A stretch of DNA of 64,000 nucleotides from Eledone cirrhosa (Eukaryota), in NCBI GenBank assembly GCA_964016885.1, contig OZ024741.1:264368001-264432000 (forward strand), read 5' to 3'. Below the pieces are notes generated by a model. The model was not told the origin of the DNA and did not search any database. It worked only from the letters and a program-made list of their open reading frames with translations. Below are positions 14,428 to 28,599 of the stretch, piece after piece (position 1 is the first letter of the stretch; every line of letters begins with the position of its first letter). Position numbers and translations under genes: made by a program.

Positions 14428-15053
14428 TGATGATGATGACTTCCCCCTCGTTATCGAGTATGGCCATTGCACGATATAACATTATTAATGATTATTAATT
14501 AATTCTATCGTGCAATGCCTGTGCGTGAAGATATTTTTTAAAGTGAGGAAAGACTGTGCACTGAGCCAATCCCACTCTCTGAGCGACAGTAGCTATAACC
14601 CGAAAAGAAGAAAAGATCAACATCATCGGTAACTACTGAGCCACAGGTTTTATGTCGGAGTTATCCCAGTTTCCTTAGTTGCCTTCATCTAGAAGAATGC
14701 TCTGACAACGACTAGGGGTCCTTCACTCACAGTGGTTTAACCGAGCGATAGGGTGTACAGCCCGACTATTTCTATGTCCCCGCGCATATACATACACATG
14801 CACCCATGTATATATACATATACATACATATGTACATGTGTATATACATATTTACACACTTTGGGATGGCCGTTGACTCTTATGAGTTCTTCCGCCGTTT
14901 GTCAGGTTTTGTTTTTTGTCCTTCAGGGTGTCCAAAATCACCATGCTCACCAAGTAAACTTGGTGGGGTTGCCGGTTTAGTCGCCAACGATCCGACCATG
15001 CGACAGGTTATACTGGGTTACATGTTACCTGTAGCACTCAAGAGTGACCCGAC
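14428..15053 (-). mobile_element. Short non-autonomous LINE-derived repeat, homologous to 40906-41512
   Basis: 14860-15053 reverse-complements 40906-41100; both share a TGGCC(A/G)TACTCGA.AACGAG end, here followed by a (TCA)n tail. Confidence 0.5.
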
Positions 15054-15395
15054 ATATATATATGTATATATATACACACATACATACACTTTTTGCTTTT
15101 GTGTGCTATCACTTGTATCTACATCTTGTGAAATCTGCTTGTACCCTAGCATTTAGCTGTAGTGCCTAATAACAACCCCAACATGTACTCTCTCCGTATT
15201 CGCCATCTCCGATCTCCCTATTTTTCCCTCTATTGTATTCCAATTGTTTGTGTGACTAAGCTTGGTAGAGCTTATACTCAGTACTGTGTTTTTGTTTAAG
15301 CTCTGATGATTCCTACCAACGGTATGGATGAAACATTGTCAGCAAGTAAAAAGTGTTTGGGTATGTAAGCGTTCTTTGATTTCTTTTACATACAT

Positions 15396-16788
<1,393 letters not shown>

Positions 16789-16890
16789 ATATATATATAT
16801 ATATATAAGCAAAAGGGATATATATATAATAGAATAAATATGGTTTTATAAATATAGTTTCCATTTATTTAATATCATTGTATATATGTA

Positions 16891-17442
16891 TATCATCATC
16901 ATCATCATCATCATCATCGTTTAACGTCTATCTTCCACGATAGCATGGGTTTAGATGGGAATTGTCCCATGTAAGGCAAGATTGGTTGTCTTGCTCGCAT
17001 AGGACTGTCTGGCGGGTTTTCTACGGCTCGATGCCCTTCTTAACACCAACCACGTTAACAGTGTGGACTGGCAGGTCTTTACCGTGATAATTACACGGCC
17101 ACATTACAGCGTGGACTGTGTGTTTTTTTTTTGTTGTTGTGACACCTACACGGCCTCATTTATTAGGACTGGATGTTGTGGTACCAACATAACTCTACAG
17201 AGAAAGGGGTGGTGTAGATGGGGGTGTGGGTAGGGGTAGTGGGATGGGGGTGTATTTTTGGTTAAGAGGTGCCTACTGACTGTAGGTTTCGCTTTGTACT
17301 TAGGCAAGGCGTGTCTTCTGCGTAGCGCCAAAGATCTCGCTCCAGTGACATTGTCTTGGAGAGGTGTAAGTGTGTAAGGTCGGAATTTATCAAATCGTCC
17401 CAGGTTTTTCTGGGTCTGCCTACTCCGAAGCTTCCTTCTATT
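16891..17442 (-). mobile_element. RTE-like LINE 3' end related to 1955-2957
   Basis: [24 protein letters not shown]; shared 3' UTR and (GAT)n tail. Confidence 0.8.
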
Positions 17443-17496
<54 letters not shown>

Positions 17497-17516
17497 GGCA
17501 CACATACACAAACACG

Positions 17517-17571
<55 letters not shown>

Positions 17572-17576
<5 letters not shown>

Positions 17577-18075
17577 CGAAGTTAGAGGTAACATTTTTCC
17601 GTCTAGCTTGTTTATACTCCTGAGAGATTCCTTTTATTGAGATGTATGGGTATTAGAGATTAATTAACCTTTAATTAATATTAAACGGCTCCGAAATTTG
17701 TGAAGCTGTTCCAGACGGTCTTTAAGCTGCTATTTCTAGTGACATCATGTGCCTATCGGGTGGTCATAATATCTTAGGAGATTTGAGAACGTATCACTGC
17801 ACGTGGTATTATATAACTTGCTATCTCAACTTTGAAAACAGTATGTATTATACCTTGTTCCATTTCTCTTAAACCTAAAGAATCTAACTCCCCTGATGAA
17901 TATGGTGGTTCTTGAATTATTGTTAATTCCATTTTATTGATATTTCTTCCCCATAGGAAGTCATGCTATGGGGAAGAACATGCTTCCCCATAGGAAGTCA
18001 TGCTATATATAAGCGAAGTTAGAGGGAAAATGTTTCCATCTGTCTTGTTTATATTTCCATAGAGTTTCTTTTTTC
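17572..18075. repeat. About 500-bp unit with about 65-bp terminal direct repeats
   Basis: ATAAGCGAAGTTAGAGG... occurs at 17572 and again at about 18008; flanked by (TA)n. Confidence 0.5.
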
Positions 18076-18240
18076 CTATTAATTTTAATATATATATATA
18101 TTAAAATTATTATATGTATACACACACACACATATATATATATATATATGTGTGTGTATGTATATATATATATGTTTGTATATATATATATAATTATATG
18201 TACATATATATGTATATATATGTATATATATATGTATATA

Positions 18241-18376
<136 letters not shown>

Positions 18377-18383
18377 TGTATGT

Positions 18384-18489
<106 letters not shown>

Positions 18490-18509
18490 TTATTAAAATA
18501 ACAGATTAA

Positions 18510-18560
18510 AGTTTAAGCAAAGAATCGCTGCTTTCACCCTTAACGGGATCTTCTGAAACT
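18510..18560 (-). ncRNA. Type I hammerhead with one core substitution
   Basis: Minus strand: AGUUU-CAGAAGA-uCCC(guuaa)GGGu-GAAAGCA..UGCUU-AAACU; three stems intact, core CAGA instead of CUGA. Confidence 0.65.
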
Positions 18561-18744
18561 AACAAAGTCAATCTGTAAACGCAGAACTGGATATTTCAAA
18601 AAACGTTGCAACCGGAGGAAGACAGGAAGACGATACTTTGATTCGTGGAAACGTTCGCTGGCAGAGAACGGGAAAAAACGAATATAATACGTCATTAATA
18701 GGAGCGGTGAAAAACAATTACGATATATATATATATATATATAA

Positions 18745-18832
<88 letters not shown>

Positions 18833-19659
18833 ATAAACGGAAAAGAAAATGCTGACAAATTGTTCACAGTGAAAAATAGTTTAATTAGGAATAAGTGAAA
18901 ATTAGTAATAGTATTGGTTAGTATTCAGTTTTGGTTTTAAGTTTTACCGGTTGCGCATTTCTAATGCTTTTCAAAAATAATTTTGAGATAGATGGCCGTG
19001 ATGTTTGCTCTAATCTGATTAGTTTTGGAAATTCTACCTGTTTTATGTGAAAAAAGTGGCTCCAGATGTATTAAAATAAGTTTCGCGCCAATTCGTGTTG
19101 CAAAAATTCTTGTGGTCAAAACAATTTTGATTGGTCGGTAGAGGTCATGTGAATGGTAAAAATTGATTTTGCGCCAAATGTAGGTTTGTGTCGGCTGATT
19201 GAGAAGTCACTGAAAAATAAGTCTTTCAAAACAAATATGTGTGTGTGTGTGTGTGTGTTTAGTAGTAGTAAAGAGGTTCGTTGTTGTGATAATGAACAGC
19301 AGGGATGTGTGTGCGAACCGCAGCCTGTTGACAGTTCAAATGCCTATTAAGACAAGTGTGTGTGTATGTGTGTGTAGCAGAGTAATTCGTGGTAGAGGGA
19401 TAGTCAGTAGGAATGTGTCTGTAAGTGTGTGGGGGATATTTTAACATGTTAAAAGATATTTTTCAGCTCTTGTCTTATACGGAGAAGTGTGTGTGTGTGT
19501 GTATATGTCTCTTTGTATGTTAATGTACGCGTGTGTATGTGTGTGTATATATGTGTGTGTGTGTGTGAGAATGTGTGCGTGTGTGTGGGGGTGGACCAGA
19601 TATATATACAAATAAATAAATTTTAGACACGATTTACTGTGTTTATTACTACATATATT

Positions 19660-19853
19660 ATTATATAATTGTTTCTACTTTAGGTACAAGGCCAGCAATT
19701 ACCCAGTGCATTACTGGTACTTTATTTTATCGACACCGTAAGGATGAAAGGCAAAGTCAACCTTGGTGGGATTTGAACTCAGATCGTAAAGGGACGTAAT
19801 TCTGCTGGAAAGCATAGCGTCCGACCCTTTACCGATACTGCCAATCCACCAAT
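19660..19853 (-). mobile_element. tRNA-derived SINE
   Basis: A-box-like TGGCAGTATCGG, B box GAGTTCAAATCC, body CTTTGCCTTTCATCCTTACGG.GTCGATAAAATAAAGTACCAG shared with other copies. Confidence 0.85.
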
Positions 19854-20197
19854 GCTCAGAGAGAGAGATATGTGTGTGTATGTGGATGTGTGTGTGAACG
19901 TATGTACACACACACACACACACATATATATTTCGGATTCACATCCATCAACTGGGTTTTTTTTCCGGGGTGGGGGAAAAGGTTGTCTGTCGGACAAGTC
20001 CGGAACGCGTCCTTCGCTGTTTGTTGTTTTGAATATTTTATCCTTTATACTCTTCCCTTCATTCTACACATCTCACACATCTTATACACACCACGCATCT
20101 CAACGTACACCCACCTACATCTCTCTCTCCACCACCGGACCTTGTTACCCGGAGATTTACCCATTTGCATTGTCGAGGCTTCCAAACGACTTAAAGA

Positions 20198-20261
<64 letters not shown>

Positions 20262-20264
<3 letters not shown>

Positions 20265-22410
20265 ATACTTTGGGAGGGTCATGTTGCAAATAAGAAACAC
20301 ACGCACCAGTTGCTTTCACTTCAGTTTATTATAATAAATTTATAATAAATTTGTAAATTTATAAATTTCTGGTTGGTTGGTTGGTTCCACAACCAGATAG
20401 TTGTTTATATATTGTCATAGTTTTTTCGTCACACACTCTGTGACCTCTTCAGTGACTGGGGATTCCTTTCTTTGTTTCTGTGCCTCTCCTTTGTTCTGTC
20501 CTACGCCATTTTGTTTCTGTGTGCTCAGTCTGCGCATGCGCCACATCCGGGTGTCTGTGTGTGTTTATGTTCATTTATTTATTTGTTTATTTACATGTTA
20601 CTGGTTGGTTGTTTGTTCTATGTGTGTGTGTGTTTTCATTTTGTCCTTAATTGTAAGTTGTGATGTTGCTGTTCCACTCATATTTTCTATTTAATTTTGG
20701 TTGTAATTCTTTTATGTTTATTGCCTCTGTAATTTGTCTAAACATTGCGTCTTTTCTGTGTGTAGATTCTATTTTTATTTCTATGTTCTCTAATTTACCC
20801 TTGTGTTCTATTTTAGCATGTTGGTAGAGTACAGATTATTCTTTACTATCTTGAAGGTCTCGCCAGTGTTCATTTATCCGTTCCCCTACACTACGAGCTG
20901 TCTCACCTATGTACACTATATTTTTGTCTCTACATTGTCCTTCGGTACATCTTATGCTATACACTACATTTCTAGTTTTACAGTTAATATGGGGGCTTAT
21001 TTTACAGGTTATACATTTCTTATCTATACATGAGGGTCTTTGAAAAGGGTATGTCTTGCTAATGAGTGTTTTTACGGAGGTACCTGGTCTTTCTACTATC
21101 TTAATATTGAGTTTATGTTTATTTAGGGCCCTTCTAAATTTGTAAGCTAATTCACCTCTAGGGGTTGTATCGATGAACATTACACTCTGGTATTTATTGC
21201 TATCATACCATGAGTTTATTCTATTAGCCTTGTTCCTAGTTCTTTCTATTCTATTCCAAAATGTGCTCCTATACAAGGGGCAGGTCTCATTTATGTCATT
21301 ATTTACCATTTTTTTCCCATTTTGTTCTGGCTCCTCTATACACTCTGATTTTATCTCTCTGATTGTAGCCAGAGAACTGCATACGGTGGATGAAGTGTTG
21401 TATGTGTCTCTCTAGTTCTTCGGGGTTGCACATGCGGGACACGTTTCTCATCACCCGTACCAAATCCGCAATCAGTATGTTTATTTTGGTATGGTCCGAA
21501 ACGGCCGAGTTTCGGTGGATCAGATGTTTGGAAGTCATGGGTTTGGCATAATGGGAATGGAGGATTTGTTTTTTTATTATTAATGGTATCTAACCAGAGC
21601 TCTGTGTCTAGTATAGGTAATCGATGGTTGGGGTGTTTACTTGGGTAGTCTATAGTAACTCTAATGCTCTGGTGGATGGTGTTAGCTATTTGCTGGATGC
21701 TTTCCATTGTGTTTTTCTCTAGTTCCTGACTGTTCTCTAGTGGGGGTGTCTTAACTACGATGTTTATATCATCAACGTAGCGGGAGTACATTATCAGGGT
21801 TAAGAGGTCTTCTAATTGTTCTTTAAGTTTAAGTTTAAGTCTACTGTCCCACCATACCATGAATAAGTTAGCTATGTCGCCTGCAATGCTAACACCAATG
21901 GCTGCTCCTTCCTCTTGAGCATATGTTTTTCCATTAAATTTGAACATATGTTCCTTAAGGGTTAGTTTTATGCTGGCCTCTACCGCATGTGCAATCATTT
22001 TCTTCAGTTCATCGTGGTTTTCGGGTGTCCGATTGGCTCTGGTCCACCCGTTCCATCTATCTGTGTGGGTTTTCTTGGCCATTGAGGTAATGGTAGGTGG
22101 TCTGCCTCTTGCTGGTCTTGTAGGGCACAGGTTGCTAAGGTCATATGTGTCTAGGTAATTATTACTATAGGTAAGTTTAAGTAGGAGTCCCAGCTCACTG
22201 GTATCAATCCCACGGAACTCAACATTGCTCTCACTGATCATTTCTACGCATTTCTCCACAGCAAAATCCACGTCAATAGATGGATACAGGGACACACAAC
22301 ATCCATACTACCTATTATGCAACATGACCCTCCCAAAGTATAACAATATCGGTTTCAACACACGATTTCAGATAAAGAATCTTGCTAAACAAATTCAGAA
22401 ACGAAATATA
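20262..22410 (-). mobile_element. Penelope-like element (RT + GIY-YIG), frameshifted, with inverted terminal pseudo-LTR
   Basis: SLYPSI, GAAIGVSIAG, YSRYVDD, NVVYSIRC..YIGETAR; 20262-20288 is inverted at 22318-22345. Confidence 0.9.
20414..20456 (-). ncRNA. Minimal hammerhead with degenerate stem III
   Basis: Minus strand: GUCA-CUGAAGA-g-GUCAC(agagugu)GUGAC-GAAA-aaacua-UGAC; the paralogue at 42459-42501 has GAAAG-ug-CUU. Confidence 0.6.
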
Positions 22411-22549
22411 TATATATATATATATATAGGCCGTTATACAGAGAGATACAATTAAAGTGCTCGATATTTAGATAGATAGATAAATAGAGAGAGAGAAAGA
22501 GAATGGCAACGAACGCTGGTTTACACACGCACACACACAGACATACGCG

Positions 22550-22587
<38 letters not shown>

Positions 22588-22599
22588 TATTTCTATGCA

Positions 22600-22646
<47 letters not shown>

Positions 22647-22820
22647 GCAGATGTCTGTGTATTTGTATGTCTGTACATATTGCTAATGGGCGAGTGAGAG
22701 GGGAGAGAAAGAAACGGGGAAGCAAAGTGAGAAAGTGGCTCTTTACTTCTCCTACTCCATCTCCTCATTCGTCACAGCGTTTTTCGATAGAGGAGAGAAA
22801 TGTAAATCGGTTCAGCAGAA

Positions 22821-23838
22821 GTGTTGCGACAATACCATCTAATCATTTTGGATGAATGCACCATGTCACATAGAGGTGCAGTGGAAGCTCTTGATAAGAC
22901 CTTACAGGGCATACGAGTCAACAATAAATCTAGGGGAGGAGTTACATTAGTTTTATCAGGAAACTTCAGACAGACATTACCAGTTATTCCGAGTGGAACA
23001 AGACCTGATGAAATAAAAACATGCATTAAGTCTTCGCACCTACGGAATAAAGTACAGAAATTCTTCTTCAATACGAGCTTTATTACATGGGGACCAATGT
23101 GCAGAACAGTTTTTAACCTGGCTCCTTCAATTAGTTATATGGGAAAGTACCATTTGATGGGGATAGTGATATCAATTTGGCTCATATAGCTATCATGGTG
23201 AATTCCCCAGCTGAATTGAAGAACAGGGTATTTCCAGACTTAAGTAATAATTATAATTCACATAAATGGTTGTGTGAAAAGGCAATTCTTGCTCCCAAAA
23301 ATGAGACAGTAGCAAGGATTAACAATGAATTAATGAATAAGATTCCAACAGTCATTAAGGAGTACAAATCAGATGATTCAGTCCTTGATGAAAACCAAGC
23401 TGTCCACTGCCCAACCGAGTTCCTTAATTCACCTGAACCACCTGGAGGACCTCCACATAAACTTTTTCTGAAGGTAGGAGTCCCAATAATGCTTCTAAGA
23501 AATTTAGATCCTCCTAAATTATGCAATAGGACAAAGTTGATTGTGAAGACATTACCACCTAATGTGATAGAAGCTACCATCATCACTGGATGTGCCGCTG
23601 GGGAAGAGGTTTTCATTCCAAGAATTCCAATCAAACCAACAGACATGCCATTTGAGTTCAAACGAACACAATTCCCAGTGCGACTTTGAAATCTACTGGC
23701 TTGCACTTAATTGAGCCTTGCTTTTCTCATGGTCAACTTTATGTTGATTGCTCCAGGGTGGGTAGTTTACAAGATTTATCTGTCTATGCTCTAAACCTGA
23801 AAACAAAAAATGTTGTTCACCCAGAAACTCTTATGTAA
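22821..23838 (+). pseudogene. Helitron RepHel Pif1-family helicase fragment
   Basis: IILDECTMS, GGVTLVLSGNFRQTLPV, ILAPKN, LKVGVPIMLLRNL, QFPVRL, FSHGQLYV..SRV; frameshifted and internally deleted. Confidence 0.9.
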
Positions 23839-23904
23839 TTTCCTTCAACATATGTGGTAGAATTTATCTCCCTTCATAGATGTGATAAATTTTGTATTTT
23901 CATT

Positions 23905-24095
23905 TGAATTGGCAGTATCGGTAGAGGGTGGACACCATGCTTTGACGCATAGAATTACGGCCCTTGCCATTCTGAGTTCAAATCCCACCGAGGTTAACTT
24001 TGCCTTTCATCCTTACGGGGTCGATAAAATAAAGTACCAGTAAGGCACTGGGTAATTCCTGGCCTTGTGCCAAAAGTAGAAACAATTATTATTTT
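23905..24095 (+). mobile_element. tRNA-derived SINE nested in the Helitron
   Basis: Same A/B boxes and body as 19660-19853; ATT tail. Confidence 0.85.
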
Positions 24096-24258
24096 TTTTT
24101 ATATATTATGAATTCAGAATTGATTTCATCGTGTATCCCAATTGAAGAATAAATTGAATTTGGAATAATAAATTTCTATACATATTTTGCTTTTTTTCTT
24201 CTAATATATAAGGAACAACTTCATTTCCGGGCAACGGCGGGTGCCTCTGCTAGTGTTG

Positions 24259-24315
<57 letters not shown>

Positions 24316-24359
24316 GCGTGTGCGTGTGTGTGTGTGAGTGTGTGTGCATATATATGTAT

Positions 24360-25012
24360 ATGGATTAAGAGGGACGAGGCTGCCTGGTTACTGATAACGG
24401 GTGTTAGAAATTAAGGGAACACAAACAAGAGACAGACATTTTCCCTTCATCAGTTGTCTACTACGGATGTTTCAGCGCGTTATAGACAATACATCTATCC
24501 GTAGCACGCCCATAACTTATTATCAACAAGTTTTGAGGGAAAGAAAAGACGAAAAAGAGGCGTGGTAATTTCATGAAGCAGGTATTGGAGAAGATCTTAT
24601 GTCTACGGCGCCTTCGATTTCTAAGACGATTCACTGTGGATGTTAGATGTCCGTTAGTTTTCAGTACATCCAGGAAGGGTACTGTGTGAGTGATCTGGTC
24701 CTCAGTCTTGCTGCATTTATTCCGGATACGCGTAAATTCATTTCTTATGTATCTGGTTTTAGAACCAAGGGGGAGGGTTGATCTATAATGCACAAACAGA
24801 TCTTTGCTGGCGGCTTTCTTCTAGAAGTTGGTGCATATATCTCCTTCTTCTTCTATTCTAAATTGAAGTCCAACAGGATCAGGGAATCATTTTATCGTGA
24901 GTCCTACGGTGAATCTTATGTTATTAGAACGTCGTTGATATTAGTCGGCCTCTTTAAAGGATGATGTGAAGATGAGTATATCATCTATGCATCGGATGAA
25001 GAAGACACAGGA
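24360..25012 (-). mobile_element. Penelope-like fragment (RT C-terminus/thumb plus 3' end)
   Basis: Minus strand reads FFIRCIDDILIF and HYRSTLPLGSKTRYIRNEFTRIRNKCS; hammerhead-like motif at the 3' end. Confidence 0.7.
24443..24504 (-). ncRNA. Candidate hammerhead with non-canonical strand order
   Basis: Minus strand: cuacggaua-GAUGUA-UUGUCUA-uaacg-CGCU-GAAACAUC-cguag-UAGACAA-CUGAUGA-AGGG. Confidence 0.55.
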
Positions 25013-25154
25013 GCGGCAGTATGTATGTGTATGTGTGTGTGTACATGCATGATTGGGTGTGTGTCTCTTAGTGTCTACGCGCTGATTGATGGTGTGTGTA
25101 CACCGACTGGTACGGGATACAGATAGATGAGATTTTGGCTTTGTTTGCTTAAAA

Positions 25155-25238
25155 AGGTTGATGAGCAGATCGGGCTGGACTCAGGTCTATAGCTTTAGTA
25201 TAGATCCTGAGCCACTCATCTGTGAAACCATTGTAACT
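25155..25238 (+). ncRNA. Degenerate hammerhead with long stem II
   Basis: TTGATGA-GCAGAT..CTCAGG-TCTATA..TATAGA-t-CCTGAG..ATCTGT-GAAAC-catt-GTA, followed by AATAAA. Confidence 0.55.
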
Positions 25239-25361
25239 ATGTATAATCAATAAAGACCTTAATATGAAACCTCGCGTACTTTTCAATATATACACTCTGG
25301 CTTAGCATAGAGTGTTGAATTTACTACTTGCCTCAGTAAACCATGAATCTACTGAACCACC

Positions 25362-25406
<45 letters not shown>

Positions 25407-25624
25407 CATGCACACACATACACACACACATGCACACACACACATACACACGCACACAAATATATATATATATAAACAAACAATACATTATTTAGACGTC
25501 AGCACGTTAGAAACAAGAAATCGACTAATTTATTTCAGAAATATCGAGACTTTCTTTTTCGTTCTTTCTTTTAATGGTCGACTTTTATTTTCTGTTTTTC
25601 TTTCCCATCAGGCAATTTATAAGT

Positions 25625-26120
25625 GTAACAATAGCAACAGCGGCAACAGTAACAACAGCAGTGACAGCAACAGTGACAACACCAGCAACAGCAACAATAG
25701 CAACAGTAACAGCAGCAACAGCAAGAGTAGCAGCAAGTTGCGTTTCTGTTATCCTACAAGGAATATAGCAATACTGCCACTGGTGCTAATATTAGTGTTG
25801 TCGTGGTAATATTTGAAACGACTGCAGCAGAAGCAGTGACAACAGCAGCAGTAACAGTGTCAACAGCAGCAGTAACAGTGTCAACAGCAGCAGTAGCAGT
25901 GTCAACAGCAGCAGTGACAACAGCAGCAGTAGCAGTCTCAATAGCAACAGTAGCAGCAGCAGAAGCAGTGACAACAGCAGCAGTAGCAGTGACAACAGCA
26001 GCAGTAGCAGTGACAACAGCAGCAGTAGCAGTGTCAACAGTAGCAGTAGCAGTGTCAGTGTCAACAGCAACAGTAGTAGTGTCAATAGCAACAACAGCAG
26101 CGGTGTCACCAATTGCAGTA
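25625..26120. repeat. Degenerate (GCA/ACA/GTA)n minisatellite
   Basis: Recurring ACAGCAGCAGTAGCAGTG-like units. Confidence 0.9.
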
Positions 26121-26720
26121 GTGATGGTATATGGAACAGCATTGATAGTCATTGGTGGAATTTCGGTTATAACACTGCTGATTCAATTGTATTGGCGAAT
26201 CCCAGAACGACCACATAGTGGAGGGCAAATGGGCCCCACAAATGGGCGAGAGGATATTGACGCCACAGATGGGGGGTGGGATAGTGGCCGCACTATTCGG
26301 AAAAGGGAGGGAAGAGTAGCACGCGATATGTGCAAAGAGTTTGAGGGAAATAATAAAGAGTTTGAGGGAAATAATAAATCTAGGATACTAGCTTCTACAA
26401 AAGTCAAAAAGAAACATTTAAGAAATGTAACATGAAGAGTGGACAACACAGCAAATGAAGGGAATAAAACAACAACAGAAATGAGAAACTAGAAGAAATG
26501 ATACCAGTAGCTGGAACAGTGAAAGATGTAACAGTCACAAAAATTACAAAAATAGATTATATGGCAAGGAAGTGAGTAAAATGTCCAACCAACGTAGAAA
26601 TTACAGTGTGATACAAATACATTGAATACAACATGGTAATATAATATGAGATTTCATATTATACATAAATACATAAGTACATAAAGTATTGATAATAAGT
26701 ATATATGCATTTATAAAATA

Positions 26721-27597
26721 CTAGCAGTAAAGCCCGGCGTTGCTCGGGGTCCCTCAGTAGCTGCGTTAAAGTTACAATGTTAAGTTTCTTTCTTGGCTTA
26801 AAAACTGTAGTGTCTACTGTGCAGACTTGCATGTGGTGTTTTTGATTAATATTCCCTCAACCAACAATATGCCTTATGAAGTTAAGAAAACATAACGATA
26901 ACCCGAATGTTATAACAAAAGAGGATGCTGGGGATAGAAACTGCACTGGTTATTTATTAACAAAGATCGAAAATGTAAACACTGCAACGCAGAGAAAAAC
27001 ATTAGCGTAACCAAATTATCAGTTATGTCTGTCTGCACGCCTATATCACCTCTCTGCACGACTATCTGTCTGCACGCCTATATCACCTCTCTGCACGACT
27101 GTCTGTCTGCACGCCTATATCACCTCTCTGCACGACTGTCTGTCTGCACGACTGTCTGTCTGCACGCCTAACGACGAAATATTTGCTTGTTTTACGTAGT
27201 CTTTAAATAGACTTGTTTTCAAGTAAAAATATTGTTTTAAAATGCTTTTAAATGGAAATGAAGCAAAACGGAAGCTTAGTGTTCGAACTGATGAATTTTG
27301 CAGGTCAATATTTTGCTGGCTCGACAACTGTTAAAGCCAGCGTAATTTTTTGCGTAAGACGCTCAATGTAAACAGAACAAAGGGAAATAACTGATAACTT
27401 ACGCTCAAAAATCGATACATTATATTCGATTTCGTCACATAGGGTGGGTCAATTTGAAATTTTTTTTTTCCGATGTCTTCGCTAGGGCTCAATGTACAAG
27501 TATAGCAATTTCGGTGCAATTCCGTGAGAGATTCTAAGAGGAGATGTGTGCCAAAAATCGATAGACAGACAGACAACCACAGTTTTATATATATAGA
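26721..27597 (-). mobile_element. Non-autonomous Helitron
   Basis: Minus strand starts TC(TATATA) and ends in hairpin CCCGAGCAACGCCGGG then CTAG; inserted between A and T with no TSD; internal tandem repeat of about 36 bp at 27027-27168. Confidence 0.9.
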
Positions 27598-28599
27598 TTA
27601 CAAAGTATTATAATAAAACAGTACCTTAAAAATCAGACATAAAATAATACGTATAATTCCATTACATAGAAATAATATGATACATAAATATTAATATTAT
27701 AATGATAAATAATATAATAATATAAAAATATAAAAGCAGACTGGCAGAGTCAATTGAAAATGTTTAAGAGATATTTACGCGAATGATATATTAATATAGG
27801 GAGGCAAGTTATTATGTAAAGCATATTATAGGAAGACAAAGCAGCAAGTGGTAGTGAAGAAGTAATGATGATGATGATAGGAAGACAGACATCAAGTGGT
27901 AGTAAAAAAATAAAATAAAATAAAACGAAGAACAAAAACAAGCACAATACGTAGGTATAACGATTCATTATGTAAATATAGAAGGTATTATTATTCTAAA
28001 CTAAAAAGTTGAATAGAAAACCTTATTAAATTAATTAATATTAAAATTGCCTAAAGGATATTATTAGTAAGTCTAAATGGAATAAATTTTAAGTCATCAA
28101 AGTCGTATAAAATTAGGATATTTTAATAAAAACTATAAAATAATATATACTACGGTCCGATCAGCTGAATTACGTTATCAAAGAAAAAACTCCAAATAAA
28201 ACTATGGTAGACCAATGGGAACAGAAAGAAGTGAAACTATGGAGGATAGGAAGGATCATAAAAGTAAAAGTTAATATATAATATAATATAATATAATATA
28301 AGTATAAAAGTAGAATTAATATATAATATAATATAATAAAAAGGGGCGAATATGAAGTGTGTAAAGGAGGAGGTTCATTAGTTTTAGATGTAGGAGACTC
28401 AAAATTAAACTATTCAATAAGATACAAACTTACTAGGCGATAATATTGAGTAAAAATGTAATAATGTTTAAGATGACAGATATGGTAAGGTAGCTAATAC
28501 GACTATGAAAACTAAAATTCGAAAATCGAAACAACCGTAGAAACTTTTAATAATGGTAATAAAGATGAACTAAAACCAAAGAGATAGGGAAATATAGCA

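Larger units (their letters stand above)
22620..24253 (+). mobile_element. Deleted Helitron
   Basis: Pif1-like helicase remnant; 3' hairpin CCGGGCAACGGCGG, then CTAG followed by T at 24250-24254. 5' end uncertain. Confidence 0.85.

Noticed and set aside
17890-17960. CTGATGA as a hammerhead core; likewise CTGATAA at about 41955 and minus-strand CTGAAGA at about 43850
   Set aside because: No correctly placed stem II, GAAA and NUH partner found.
22821-23689. Host PIF1 gene
   Set aside because: Intronless, frameshifted, and followed by a Helitron hairpin-CTAG end.
25754-26435. Ala/Thr/Val-rich, antifreeze-like or poly-Leu ORFs
   Set aside because: Open on both strands because of a trinucleotide-derived minisatellite; no gene structure.
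27027-27168. Repeats of about 36 bp resembling a CRISPR array
   Set aside because: Head-to-tail with no unique spacers, inside a Helitron, in eukaryotic DNA.
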